NCBI RefSeq assembly: GCF_004010195.1
Contig: NC_057718.1
Location: forward strand, 87,319,352-87,383,351
Origin: Chiloscyllium plagiosum
Lineage: Eukaryota
Direction: 5' to 3'
DNA length: 64,000 bases
Position 1 is the stretch's first letter; the number at the start of each line of letters is the position of its first letter. Shown one piece after another: positions 1-11,970 of the stretch. Position numbers and translations under genes: made by a program. The notes under the pieces were generated by a model. It made no database searches. It saw only the letters and a program-made list of their open reading frames with translations, and had not been told where the DNA came from.

Positions 1-14
1 TCTCTCTCTCTCTC

Positions 15-245
15 CTGCACTGTCCTCACCATGTGCTTCCTTTGTCTGCTCTTCTCCCTTTTAAACTGCTGTTGTTTTGACTTTTCTTTTCCAAAGTTCC
101 AAAACAATGCAACAGCATATAAAACAGTAATTGATGCTCCTGGAATTTGAGGAAATCACCTTCAACACCTAAAATACCTCAAAAAAAAAGGAGCAGCTCT
201 TACAGCCAGAAATTTTTCCCGTCCTCCATCTTGGATTACCCAGAA
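15..245 (-). mobile_element. 5' end (5'UTR) of a CR1-type LINE
   Basis: Bases ~30-82 (tgtgcttcctttgtctgctcttctcccttttaaactgctgttgttttgactt) match 54171-54223, which lies upstream of a CR1 ORF1. Confidence 0.6.
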
Positions 246-879
246 TACATAAGTCCAGTAGTGAGGGATAAGTGTATCAACTGGTGTGGTTGATGTACGA
301 AATATTCAAATTGGAAACGAAACCATTTGACCTTGCAGTTAATTTAAAACATGTTCGAGGAATACAAAGCATGCAAAAGCTTTGCAAGATTAGGCAGGCC
401 AAGACAGGGTTGTGATGAATCCGAGCAAAACAAAGTCTGTTAAATAGTCTTCCTAGTAAGATAGTTGAGGTAGTGCTAAACTGGTCTACTATAATGTGTA
501 TGTGAAACTTCTATTAGAGTTGTATTAAAATACTTCAGTTTCCTACAATCCTAAATGATAGGATTATAGCACCATCACCAGGGTTTGGAATGGACAAAAA
601 AAAAGTTCATGCTTTGAAAACTTTATAAAATTCAAAGGTAAGAAAAAAAATCTTGCAGGTGGTTAGAGAGAGAGAAATGTGACTCCCTTTCTCAAAGAGA
701 CCAAAGCAAGCAAGGAAATTACAAACCATTTGGTTTAGTGTGAAATTCATGTGGTGTACATTAAAGATTAGACCATAAAGCATTTGAGAAACAAGTTGAA
801 CAGGATTGGTCAACATTGATTTCTTAAGTGCAGCTGTGCTTAAGCAACCTTGCAAAGTTCTTTGAATTGACCAAGGATA

Positions 880-1275
880 GATTAGGGAAGTACAGTGGAA
901 GTGGTTGCACAATTTTTTTTTGATTATCATTGGATGAGAGTGGAAACACTTGCAATGTAGGCAAACATGACAACCAATTTGCAGCAAGGCCCCACAAGTA
1001 GTAGTAATCCAAATTATCAAGTAACCAGTTTCACGCTAGTATAAGGATGGAATCACAAGGTGAATTCCACTTCTTGAGTGAGGTGGAATCTTTAATGTTA
1101 GCTGGAACAGGCTTTCAGTTTTCACCTTTTGCCCAAAAGATGACACCTTGAATAAAAGTGCTTGTTCACTACTCACTACTGCATTGAAATGTTGATATAA
1201 ATTTGTGTGGTTGATGACTGCGGTGAGATTTGAACCCATGACCTTGTAAGGGTATGAGTACTACTCACTAAACAA
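880..1275 (-). mobile_element. Degenerate Deu-domain-type tRNA-derived SINE (SacSINE1/AmnSINE-like)
   Basis: Reverse complement shows a tRNA-like head (gggttcaaatctcac B box) and a Deu-like core. Related copies lie at ~3990-4265, ~4800-5090 and ~6020-6130. Recognised by eye and highly diverged. Confidence 0.5.
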
Positions 1276-2076
1276 AGTTGACATTTAGCAGATAATTAGA
1301 ATTAATTTTGGGGGAAGACAAGCAATTGCTTGCAAGTTAAACAATCTCTTTGAATTGATCATTTAAAAGTATGCTAGATATCTCACTAAAATATCAATTT
1401 AGATTTTGTTTTGAACTGTCATTCATGAGATTTTATGTTTACCAAATTTGTGCATGATCACACCAGTCAATATGCTGCAGTAAACCTGTGGTAGATGCCA
1501 GGAACTGAACTCCCAGTCCAAGGCTACATGTGAGCAACAAGCTTAAAAAAGCATCTATTTACTTTGTGGTTTCCAGCTGCTGCCTGCTGAATCATTATGT
1601 TGGGGAATGGAAACCTTGGCACAAATTTTAAAACTAAAGAAAAACTGGAGCTACATAGCAGAATATGATGGGTTTCAGTCACCCTGTTTGGATAGTTTAC
1701 GTATCATAGGCTCAATTATAGAGATATACAGCACGGAATCTGGAACATTAACTTCTATTTAAGTTAGTTAAACAATTTCTGTCAAAATCAGTGTGGACTG
1801 TTGGAGGCCTTCATTTGAATTGCCTTCTACACTTAAGTATGTAAGAAAAAATTAAGATTGCATCAAGCAAATTTTCACCCCATCACTTTAAAATCCAGGC
1901 AGTTGAAGTTTGTGGGTGAGGAACAATGTAACTTTGACCCTGTGTGGGAGACCTTCTTTATTGACAACATGGGGTTTCTACTAGTGTTGCTGAGTGTGTG
2001 GTAGGAGCAGTGGTCTTATGTTTATCTGATGGCGTGGCAAGTTTATCTTGAGCTTTGAACACTGGGAAATGTTCTC

Positions 2077-2101
2077 TTTCCTTAACCATGTGACTTCTCA
2101 G
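2077..2101 (+). promoter_or_regulatory. U12-type (minor spliceosome) branch point and 3' splice site
   Basis: TTTCCTTAAC at 2077-2086 matches the U12 branch consensus TTCCTTAAC. The branch A lies about 16 nt upstream of the AG, with no long polypyrimidine tract in between. The 5' splice site is outside the window. Confidence 0.8.
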
Positions 2102-2183
2102 GTTTGGGAGACCAGGGGTGGAGTGTTACTGCCAACATGACAGTGCTGCAGGAGTGATTCAACTGCAATTCTTGATTAATGAG
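2102..2183 (+). CDS. STXBP5: Tomosyn-1 (syntaxin-binding protein 5) internal coding exon, 82 bp (equivalent to human exon 3)
   Basis: Read directly: ...ttctcag|G TTT GGG AGA CCA...ATT AAT GAG|gtaagt, translating to FGRPGVECYCQHDSAAGVIQLQFLINE. This matches the tomosyn N-terminal WD40 sequence as I recall it (FGRPGVECYCQHDSGAAVIQLQFLINE). AG/GT boundaries are present; the exon ends in phase 0 and joins the next exon in frame. Confidence 0.95.
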
Positions 2184-2684
2184 GTAAGTTATTTAGAGTT
2201 TTGTTTGAGGGATTTGGATGATTTGGAAAAGTTCTGAATGTTTCACATTTATTTGAAAGCATATGAGAGTTTGAGATGTATTGCAGCAGATCCATTTTTA
2301 ATTGACATTTGTGTCTGTCTTATTGTGTAGTTTGAGTAAATAAATCTCAAAACGAACCAAAATGGTTATCTTTAGCATGTTAAGTATTGTTTTTAAAAAG
2401 CTGTTGTATGAATGCAAGAAATTATAATTTTCCTGCAGTTTTAACAATGGTAAGTTGATGGGTCAAAAATTATATTTGCTGTAGCGAATTGAATTGAAAT
2501 TTTCTATTTGCTTTTAAATGACCTGAACTGTGGATAATTCCAAATTCATGGCCTACAAACTGTATTTAAAAATTTGGCAAAATTGTTTCCTTTAAAGTTC
2601 TGGTACATACATGACAATCTTGCTACCTCTGCATTAACTAGTCTCAATTACGAATAAATAAACATAGACCTGCTGATCATGAAA

Positions 2685-3530
2685 TGTGAAACAAAAACAG
2701 AGCATACTGAAGAAACATAGGTCTTGACGCATTTGTGTAGAGAAAAACAAGGCTAGGGTTTTGAGTCCAGTGACCCTTTGTCAGAACTGACAGTAGCTGT
2801 CAAAAGGTGGTATTTATGCAAATGATGTGGTGATATGAATAGAAGGCATAAAGATCGATGCTAAAGAGAGGGAGAAAGAGAAAAGGGGATAGGCAAGCAG
2901 AACTGATAGAGAGAGAGAAATGCTAAATAGGATGCTGCTGAGGAGTGTAAATAGCTGAAAATGGATTGGTTGTTCAGAGACCCTGGTTCTTGCTTTCCAC
3001 CCCATCAGCCTCCATACCCAAAGGATCATCAGTTGCCATTTCTGCTGACTCCAGTGGCATGTCACTACCAGACATAATTGCCTCCCCTCCCTAGTCAGCA
3101 TTCCACAGGGACAGTTCCTGCACTCCTCCTCCACTAAACACCCTACATCCCAATGGCAATTTTTCATGCAATTGTAGAAGGTTCAACAGTTGCCTGTTTA
3201 GCACCACTTTGCACGTCTAAGATGCCAGACATCATCAAAGTGAAGCAAAAATTTACCTGCACTACATTGTGAGCAGTGAATACAATAGACAAGATTCAAT
3301 GTGCTTTCCTGTACGTTGGGGATATGCCATGCAGACTCGGTAACCTCTTTGTCGAACACATACATTCAGTCTGTAAAAATGACCGTGCTCCTGGTTGCCT
3401 GCCATTTCAACGTACCACTATTTCTGTACCAACATTTTTGTCTCAGGCAAAGCTCATTGCAAGCTGGAGGACAAAAGCAATACATCTTCTGCTTAAACTA
3501 ATCTTCAGGACTTGACATTCACATTCTGAA
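2685..3530 (+). mobile_element. Old Penelope-like element relic (inverted pLTR piece plus RT C-terminal/GIY-YIG remnant)
   Basis: From ~2980 it reads LVLAFHPISLHTQRIISCHF, and near 3300 IQCAFLYVGD, a degenerate GIY-YIG motif similar to 6762-7187. Many stops and frameshifts. Confidence 0.6.
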
Positions 3531-3989
3531 ATTGTAAAAGTTAATGCCATGCTCCATCTGTTACCTACCACCATGTCCCCAGGTGTCCTGACAATGAGAT
3601 GAGTACTCAGACTTTTACCATTGCTTCAAAAGTATCAAATTTATATTAAAACCTATTGAATGCTTTCAGGCCACCATATTTACTAAAAATGGCAGTCTTA
3701 GCTTGAAAACTAATTCTTTTAAAAACTGCTCGCATCATTTCTTTCCCAAACAATCCACCTTTGGCTCATCCTTGCTATCTCATGAGCACATATTCTTATC
3801 TATTTTTTTGTGAGAGATAGTATTTATTTGACTCCTCAAAGCAAAACTTAACAATCTCTGGTTATGCTACCTAAAATCTGTTTGAGAGCTCCACTTATCT
3901 GATAACTAATGAGCTTTCCCAACAGAATCGGGAAGTAAGTGGTTCAAAATTCAGGCACAGTGCCTCACCTTGATCATTATAAAGCTGCA

Positions 3990-4265
3990 TAAAAGCAAAA
4001 AGTTTTTGAAGAATCATATTGTCCAGGACTTTAGGAAGAACTCCCTTCTTTATCTTTGAAATAGCATTGTAGGGTTTTTTAAAAAACTCTGCCTGAGAAG
4101 ACTCATTTTGTCTTGAATTAAAGTAACATCTGGAAGGTGGCAACTCTGATCTGCAATACTGCTTTGATTATCAATCTAGATTTTTGTTTACTCACCTCTC
4201 TGGAGTGGAAGTTGAACATTCTACTTTTTGACTAGAATTGAAGGTGCTGCAACCAAGCCATGGGA
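3990..4265 (-). mobile_element. Degenerate Deu-domain-type SINE
   Basis: ggactttaggaagaactccc, catctggaaggtggcaactctga and ctggagtggaagttgaac resemble the 880-1275 and 6020-6130 copies. Confidence 0.45.
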
Positions 4266-5089
4266 TGCTGACACTATCAAAGGTACGAGGGCAGTAAACC
4301 AGCACTGCAGTTCCACTAACACAACAATTAAGATGCCCTGTTGGATTAATTGTAGAATGATATCGGCAGACACAAATGAAGTCGTGGTGATAAGTGCTTG
4401 TTGGGGCATTCTTCCTAAACTCAACTGGCTCATCAGTCTTTTGAGATAATACCTTCACTTGAGCGTGTGAGTGTATATATTTAACTATCTTTGGTATTAA
4501 ATTGAACAAACCAAACTGTATGTAGCTGCCAAAAATCTATGGGTTCTTGTCATGCATGTAGCAGATCTTTTTGACCTATCAGGTGATTTTACCACACAAA
4601 AATTTTCTTTGAGAATTAGTCAAGCAGAAATGCATAACCACATTCTGGGCAACTTCTGAATACTTGCTCCAGACTTTGAGTCAGCTTGGACATGGTATGT
4701 CCGACTGAGTTGAAGTTTGCTTTATGCATTACTTTGCGTGCATTGGTTTTATCCTGAAATCTACAAAATATGTAAATAAGGAATTCATTGGAGGAAAAAG
4801 CCCTCCTCAGCGTTCTATCGAATTAAAAAAAAAAATCCATTTCAGCACTTCAGGAAGTCACAAAGTGCTTTATGTCCAATGAAATGCTTGCAAAATGTTG
4901 CAACAATTATAATGTAGGAAATCTAACAGCAATTTGCAGTCACCAAAATAACGAGCACATAATCTTGATGTGTTGGTTGAGGGGTAAATATTGACCTGGA
5001 TTTTTGAATTGTCCTGCATTTGTTTGAAGTAATGTGATGACACTTATTTTGTTACATCCACTTGACAGGACTGATGGGGCTTTGATTTA

Positions 5090-6010
5090 AGAATATGAAA
5101 AATAGACACAGACCATACAGCCCCTGATGTCATTCAATTTGGCTGATTTCTGCCTAAACACCGCTTTCCTCTCTGCTCTGCATGTCCTCAATTTCCAATG
5201 TCTTCAGTCTTAAATATATACTCAATGTTGGAGCTTCCATTACTCTCAGGTATAAAATTCTGATGGTTCTTGATCATTTCAGTGAAGAAATTCCTGCTGT
5301 ACACTGTATTAAACAGTGAATCCTTTATCCTGATATTGTGCTGAGTTTTCTGCATTCTCTGGCTATGAAAATAAATTCTTTGCCTACCTTGTCAAGTCCC
5401 TTCAGAATCTTGTACTTTTAAGGAGGACCTCTCATTCTTCCAAACTCAAGCAAGTACAGGCCCAACAGAGAGCATTTTGGTGCAACTTTACCATTCTTCC
5501 TTAGATATGAAGACTGAAGACTGCAGTCCAGGTGTGGTCTCACAAAAACCTTATACAGTTGTAGCAAGACTTCATTATTCGTTATATTTCAATTCTCCCT
5601 GTAATAAAGGCAAACCTGTCATTTGATTTTCAAATTACTTTCTGTACTTGAGTGATAATTTTGCTCCTTATAATGCACCCACGTGTGTCTCAACATCAAC
5701 ATTTGCAAGTTTAAAATAATCACCATCTGCCACTTTGCTCACTTATTTAGCCATTGTTTTCTCTCAGCATTAGTTTCCACCTCGTTTTGTTTCATCAGCA
5801 AACCTAGACGTAATAATCTTGGTATTTTCATCAAATAATTAATATAGATTGTAAATATTTGAGGCCCCGGCAGTGAACTTTCAAAGCAGTCCATTAGTTA
5901 CAGCCTGCTACCTTGAAAATCCCTATATTACCCCTACTAATTGTTTCCTGTGCATTAACAGTTCTTCTGTTTCATCATAGATTGCCTCCAACACATTGAG
6001 CCCTTATTTT
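5090..6010 (-). mobile_element. CR1 LINE 3' fragment
   Basis: CR1-type 3' tail (aagaatatgaaaaatag...ccatacagccc) followed by degenerate ORF2 C-terminal sequence similar to 12972-13985 and 52521-53362. Confidence 0.65.
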
Positions 6011-6714
6011 GGCAGGGTTCAGCACTTCCACAGTACTGCACCAGAGTGTCGACTTTGATTATGTACTCATCTCTGGAGTGGTCTTTGAATTCATGACTTG
6101 CTGATTCCAGAGACTATTGACTTAGCCACAGCAAAGACTCTAGCTAAGTTCTTTCTGACAGATGAATCAGAAAGGGTGCTCATCAACAGTCCAGTAACTC
6201 CAATAGGATGTATTGTTTTAATATTGCAGTATGCTACAAAAAATGTTTAGGTCAATAAAATTAAAACATCACCTTCCTCCAGGTGACATCCTACGCCTAC
6301 TTTCTCCAAACTCCTGTTTGTTTCCCATGTTAACTTGGAAAAGTTAGAGATGAAATGGGTTTTAAATAAGGATGTGTGGGTCAAGGGTGAAAGGCTTTTC
6401 TGTCTCAATATTGTACCTTTTTACATGAATTGTAAGTATGTTTGCTAAATTTGCTGAAGGCACAAGGATACATAGGAAAGTAAGTTGTGAAGAGGACATA
6501 AGTTGTTTACAGATCGATTAAGTGAGTGATAAAAGATGGAATATATTGTGGGAAAATGTGAAATTATCCTATTTTGCAGAAGAATAAAAAAAATCAAAAT
6601 ATTGAGAGATTGCAGAACTCCGATGTGCAGAGGGATCTGGGTGTCCTTCTGTGCAAATTGCAACCCATATAGTTCTTCATAGTTGAAATGCTGCAGCCAT
6701 TGCAGCATCCTGAT

Positions 6715-7245
6715 GACTCTCCTGCATCCCTTCCTGGCACACTCCCCTGCCACCACAGAAATTGCAAAACCTGTGCCCACACCACCTCCCTCAAGGCCCC
6801 AAAGGAGCCTTCCACATCCATCAAAGTTTTACCTGCACACCCACCAATATAACTTATTGTATCCGTTGCTCCCGATGCGGTCTCCTGTATATTGGAGAGA
6901 CTGGACGCCTCCTGGCAGAGTGCTTTAGGGAACATCTCCGGGACACCTGCACCAATCAACCCTACCGCCCTGTGGCCCAACAATTCAACTCCCCCTCCAA
7001 CTCTGCTGAAGACACGCAAGTCCTGGGCCGCCTCCACCGCCGTTCCCTCACCACCCGATGCCTGGAGGAAGAACGCCTCATCTTCCACCTCAGAACACTT
7101 CAACCCCATGGCATCAATGTGGATTTCACCAGTTTCCTCATTTCCCTTTTCCCCCCACCTCACCCCAGCTCCAGCCTTCCAGCTTAGCATCGCCCTCATG
7201 ACCTTTCTGTCCGACCTGCTGTGCTTTTCCAGCACCACTCTAATT
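6715..7245 (+). mobile_element. Penelope-like element (Neptune-type) 3' fragment with GIY-YIG endonuclease
   Basis: ORF 6762-7187 contains NITYCIRCSRCGLLYIGETGRLLAECFREH...EEERLIFHLRTLQPHGINVDF, a GIY-YIG domain with a preceding CxxC linker. It ends in the pLTR terminus gacctgctgtgcttttccagcaccactct shared with the fold-back copies. Confidence 0.88.
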
Positions 7246-8392
7246 TGCAAACACACCAAAGTCCCTCTCGTCCTCTGTACACCCAGGGTCCTCCTGTTTA
7301 TTGTGTAGCCCCTTGCCTTGATAGTCCTCTCAAAATGCAGCACTTATCAATTTTCAGTATTAAGCTCGTATCTGCCACTGTTCTGTCCAAATGACCAGCC
7401 TATATCCTTTTGTAGTCTAAAACTTTCTCTTTCACCAATTTTAGTGTTATCCGTGAATTTCAGTAAATTCTCACATCTGAATTATTAATGTACACTACTA
7501 AGAACAAGGCACCCAGTACTGAACTCTGTTGTACACTGGATGTAGGCTTCCAGTCACATAAACAGCCTTAAACCAGAGCCCTCTTCTTTTTACCACTAAG
7601 CCAGTTTTGGATCCAATTTGCTCTGGATTCCAGATTGCCTTCCTAACCAATCTCCTAGGCAACACTTTGTCAAAAGCCTTACTGAAGTCCATATAAACAT
7701 CATCAACTGTACTACTTGATATTGTTGTATTGGGTGCAAAATGATTTTCTCTGCTCAGATGCTGCTTGACCTGCTGAGATTCTCCAACACACTTTTTATT
7801 TCAGCTTTTACTTTAAGTTAAAAGGAAGGTGTTGCTTTGGTGAGGGGGCTGGGTGATAGTGATTGAGGAGGATAGCAAAGTAACAATCGCTTTGATGGAT
7901 ACCTGATCAAACAGGAAAAAACAAAACAGTGTAGGTAACAGTGCATTAAGTGCAATCTGGTTAGATAGTTATTTGAAACAAAGAGCGATAGTAGTACTAG
8001 AGAATTTATCTTAAATCAATTTTATACACGTTTGGATTAGATACCAGCTTCCTGTGGGACATATTACTTGTGAGAAGGTATAACAATGGTACTTTTAAAA
8101 ACAAACTGTGACCGGCTTGAATGAAGAGAATGTTCTTTATCCCTCGGGCAAGTTAGAATTATGATTAGTTGTGAACGTTGAAACTATTCCTTAATGAGTT
8201 TTCCAGGGTTTCTTTTAAGCTAGCAAAAGTTTGATTTTTTTTTGCTTCTCTCCAGAGGTAATCAGATTAAACATGGGGTGAACATCAGGAGAGGTCTCAC
8301 AATAGTTATGCAGGGCAAACCTTGAATACTGTTTCATTGTCTTTTTGTATATTTAGTTGTTGAAAGATATATTGTATTTTCATTTTCTTCAG

Positions 8393-8493
8393 GGAGCCCT
8401 TGTGAGTGCCTTGGCAGATGATACCTTGCATCTCTGGAATCTACGTCAGAAAAGGCCTGCCATACTCCATTCTCTTAAATTCAACAAAGAAAG
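8393..8493 (+). CDS. STXBP5: Tomosyn-1 internal coding exon, 101 bp (equivalent to human exon 4)
   Basis: cattttcttcag|GGA GCC CTT...AAA GAA AG|gtagaa encodes GALVSALADDTLHLWNLRQKRPAILHSLKFNKE(R). It continues the frame of the 2102-2183 exon. SALADD matches STXBP5 rather than STXBP5L (SASSDD) as recalled. Confidence 0.96.
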
Positions 8494-8655
8494 GTAGAAT
8501 GACTTTGATATTATTTTTCCATCTTGGCATTGTACTCTATGTAATTGTGTCCATTTTATACAGCTTGTTTTGAATATTTATTTCAATAGTTTGAGATTCA
8601 TACTTTGCGGTTTATTTCACTGGCGGTAGCACCATAAGAAATAGAAACATGAATA

Positions 8656-8722
8656 GGGTGGCATGGTGCTTCAGTGGTTAACACTGCTGTCTCACAGCAC
8701 CAGGGACCTGGGTTTGATTCAC
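8656..8722 (+). mobile_element. Truncated HE1/V-SINE-type tRNA head
   Basis: gggtggcatggtgcttcagtggttaacactgctgtctcacagcaccagggacctgggtttgattc contains A and B boxes and matches the full SINE copies. Confidence 0.7.
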
Positions 8723-8739
8723 AGCCTTCAACGTCTCTA

Positions 8740-10330
8740 TTTCAAAACCTGTCTGCTTCCTATTTTAATACTTTGATCTAGCCTCCACAATTCTCTGGAG
8801 TGGAGAATTTCAGACATTCATTACCCTCTGGGAGAAGAAATTCATTTACATTCCAGTTTTAAATGAGTGTCCCCTTATTCTAGAACTACATTCCTTAGTT
8901 CAAGGTTCTTCCATCAGTGGAAACATCTTGTCAACATTTACCATGTCAAGCCCCTTCAGAATTTTGTATGTTTCAATCAGATCACTCTTCATTCTCTTAA
9001 CTAATAAATAAGGGCCTAATCTGTTTAGCTATTATTGATAAGTCAAACCCTTCAGTCTAAGAATTAGATCAACGAATCTCATTTGAACACCATCCAATGC
9101 CAGTATGTCCTTTCTTAAATACGTGGATTAAAACTGTGGTCTTGCAAGCACCCAGCACAGTTATAACAAGATCTTCTTATTTTTAAACTCTAATCATCTA
9201 CCAAGAAATGCCAAAATTCTATTTGCCACTTTAATTACTTGCTGTGGCTGCATGTTAACGTTTTGTGTTTCTTGCACAAGAACAGTCAGATTCCTCTCTA
9301 TTTGGATATTTTGGAATCTGTCTCCATTTCATTAATAGTATGCCTTTTGTTTTTCCTACCAAAGTTCATGACCTCAAACTTTGCTACACTTAACTCCATC
9401 TGCCAAATTTTTGCTCAGTCTCCCAAATTATCTATTTTCTTTTGCACATTTCTTATGTCCTTATCACCACATGATCTCCATGTTGTTCTCCAGTGAACTC
9501 TGGAATATTTAGACCAATATCTCCATTATCTCTGCAACCTCTTCCTTAAAGCACGAGGATGCAGGCTGTCAAGTCATGGAACATAAATGGTGACTTGTCT
9601 GCCTTCAGTCTCATTAGTTTATCAAGTACTTTTTCACTTGTGGTAGGGACAGTTAAAAGATCTTTCCTCTGATTAGCAGTTTTCTTACCAGCTATCTTTA
9701 AGATATTTGATATTTTCTACCATGAAGACCGATGCAAAATATTGGTTTAAATTATCCTTGCTGTTCCGTTATCAATTCCCCAGTCACACCTTCCAAGGGT
9801 CCCAGACGCATTTTAGCTATTCGTTCTTTTTATTTAACCATAGAAGCTCTTCCTGTGTGGTTTTATATTTTGTGCGACTTACTTTCATGATCACTTTTCT
9901 GCCTTTCCATTACCTCTTTAGGCCTCTGTAGGTTTCAAACAATTCTAAATCCTCTGGTCTAACAATAGTTTTTTGCCACTTTGTTTGCCTTGGTTTTAAT
10001 TGGACACACTCCTTGACTGCCATTGTTAATCATGGAGCATTAATCCTTTTTACTGAGGCCTTTTTAAATAGAAAACGTTTTGATGAGTGTTGTGAAGTAT
10101 TTACTTAAATGTTTGCCACTGGTCATCTACTGACGTTTCCTGCTTTAGATCTCTTTCTTCATATCTCTGAAATTCCCCTTATATAGAATGAAGATACTGG
10201 TTTAAGACCTAAGTTGCTGTCCCTCAAACTGTATTTGAAGTTCTATCATGTTATGATGTCTACCCTTAGAGGATCGTTAACTATGAGATCTGTTATCAAT
10301 TCTGTCATTCCACATTGTTAGATCTAAAAT
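8740..10330 (-). mobile_element. Degenerate CR1 LINE (ORF2) fragment
   Basis: Similar to the other minus-strand CR1 relics in the window (for example gtcaagccccttcagaattttgtatgtttcaatcagatcactc). Confidence 0.65.
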
Positions 10331-10544
10331 ACTTTGTTCCTGGGTAAGTTGTGCAATGTGCATGGAATTCTGCAGGGGCTTATAGACGACAATCACCCAA
10401 ACTGATTCATTAACCAGAGGATACTGGACTTGAGATTATTGGTAGAAGTATCAGAGGGGAGTGAGGGTTTTTATACAAGTTATATTCTGAAATGCACTGC
10501 CTGCAAATGCATTTGAAGCCAATTCAGTTATTATTCAGAAGGTT

Positions 10545-11260
10545 TCATTGTTGGCCTGGTTTGCCAAGCTGGTAGGTTTGTTGGCAGATGTTTCATCGCC
10601 TTTCTAGGTGACATCATCAGTGTTGTGTTGCCTCCTGTGAAGCGCTACTGTACTGTTCCACTTTGAATTGATGTGGTTCTGTTTGAGCTGTTTCCAGTTG
10701 GTACTGGTTCCGAGTTTTTCCATTGCAGTGATTTGTATATCAGGTCCAGGTCAATGTGTTTGTTGATAGAGTCTGAGGAAGAGTAACATGCTTCCAGGAA
10801 TTCCCTTGCTGTTCTTTGTTTAGCCTGTCCTAGTATTGTTGTGTTGCCCCAGCCAAACTCCTAGTTCTTGTCCATGTGTATGGATACCAGATCATGTTGC
10901 TAGGTTGCTAGTTGATGTTCGTGGATGCGGGTCGCTAGCTGTCTGCCTGTTTATCCTACACGGTGTTTAGTGCAGTCGCTGCATAGGATTTTATAAATTA
11001 CGTTTGTCTTGAGCATAGTGGGTATCGGGTCCTTTATTCTGGTGAGCTACTGTCTGAGTGTGGCTGTTGATTTGTGTGATGTTAAGATCCCTAGTGGTTG
11101 GAGCAATCTAGTTATCAATTACAAAATGTCTTTAATATATGGGAGAATAGCCAGTATGTTGGGGTGTGCCTTGTCGTCTTGGTGTTGCTTGACTGCCAGG
11201 CATCTGCAGATGTGGGAGTATCTGTTTTTAGCAAAGACTTTGCATAGGTGTTCTTCTTTC
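10545..11260 (-). mobile_element. Penelope-like element (Poseidon/Penelope-type) 3' fragment with GIY-YIG and a pLTR hammerhead motif
   Basis: Minus strand reads DPIPTMLKTNVIYKILCSDCTKHRVG*TGRQLATRIHEHQLAT, homologous to 36413-36640. The pLTR contains CTGATGA-tGTCACC..GGCGAT-GAAAC (10584-10624). Confidence 0.85.
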
Positions 11261-11324
11261 TCTCTACAGTTCCAAGAAGGAATTGCATATATGGCTGAAA
11301 AGGGGGAGGGTGACATGATTGTGT

Positions 11325-11970
11325 GATAATATCAATGGGCTACTAATCCAGAGATCCAGACTAATATTCTGAGCGTATAGATTCAACTCCTCCGGCCACA
11401 CATGGCTGCTGGTGGAGTTTGAATTTAATTTTAAGAATTATAAAATTTCTGGAATTAACAGCTAGTCTCAACAGTGGGAGCCATGAAACTATTATTTATT
11501 GATGTGAAAAACCCATTTGATTCAGAAATGCCCTTCAGGGAAGGCAGTCTGCTGTTCTTGCCCTGTCTGGCCTACAGTGACTCTAGAGTCTAGATTAGAG
11601 TGGTGCTGGAAAAGCACAGCAGGTCAGGCAGCATCTGAGGAGCAGGAAAATAGATGTTTCGGGCAAAAGCCCTTAATCAGGAACGTGAGGGCGGTACTGA
11701 GCAGTGAGATGGGGGAAGGGGAAATGAGGAAACTGGTGAAGTCCACATTGACGCCATGGGGTTGAAGTGTTCTAAGGCAGGAGATGAGGCATTCTTCCTC
11801 CAGGTGTCGGGGGTGAGGGAGCGGCGGTGGAGGAGGCCCAGCCCCTCGCACAGTGGGTGTCTCTTAACTGACACCTGAAATGGCTCAACTTGTCAAACAT
11901 TTAAAGAGCAATTGGGGATGGGCAACAAATGCTGGCTTTACTAGTGATGCTCACATCTATAATGAAATTA
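11325..11970 (+). mobile_element. SINE with LINE-derived 3' tail, interrupted by a Penelope-like fragment
   Basis: Homologous to 62650-62980. Its tail (gcaattggggatgggcaacaaatgctggc...cacatc) matches the LINE 3' end at ~55795-55860. Confidence 0.65.
11590..11845 (-). mobile_element. Neptune-type Penelope-like 3' fragment (GIY-YIG C-terminus plus pLTR)
   Basis: ORF 11624-11851 has LEEECLISCLRTLQPHGVNVDFTSF, matching 6762-7187. The pLTR carries a decayed hammerhead (CTGATTA...GAAAC). Confidence 0.85.

Noticed and set aside
6762..7187. Functional or domesticated GIY-YIG nuclease gene
   Set aside because: It is a 5'-truncated PLE fragment with a frameshift near its start and the catalytic-region Arg apparently replaced (LAECFREH). 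No RT and no exon signals are present.
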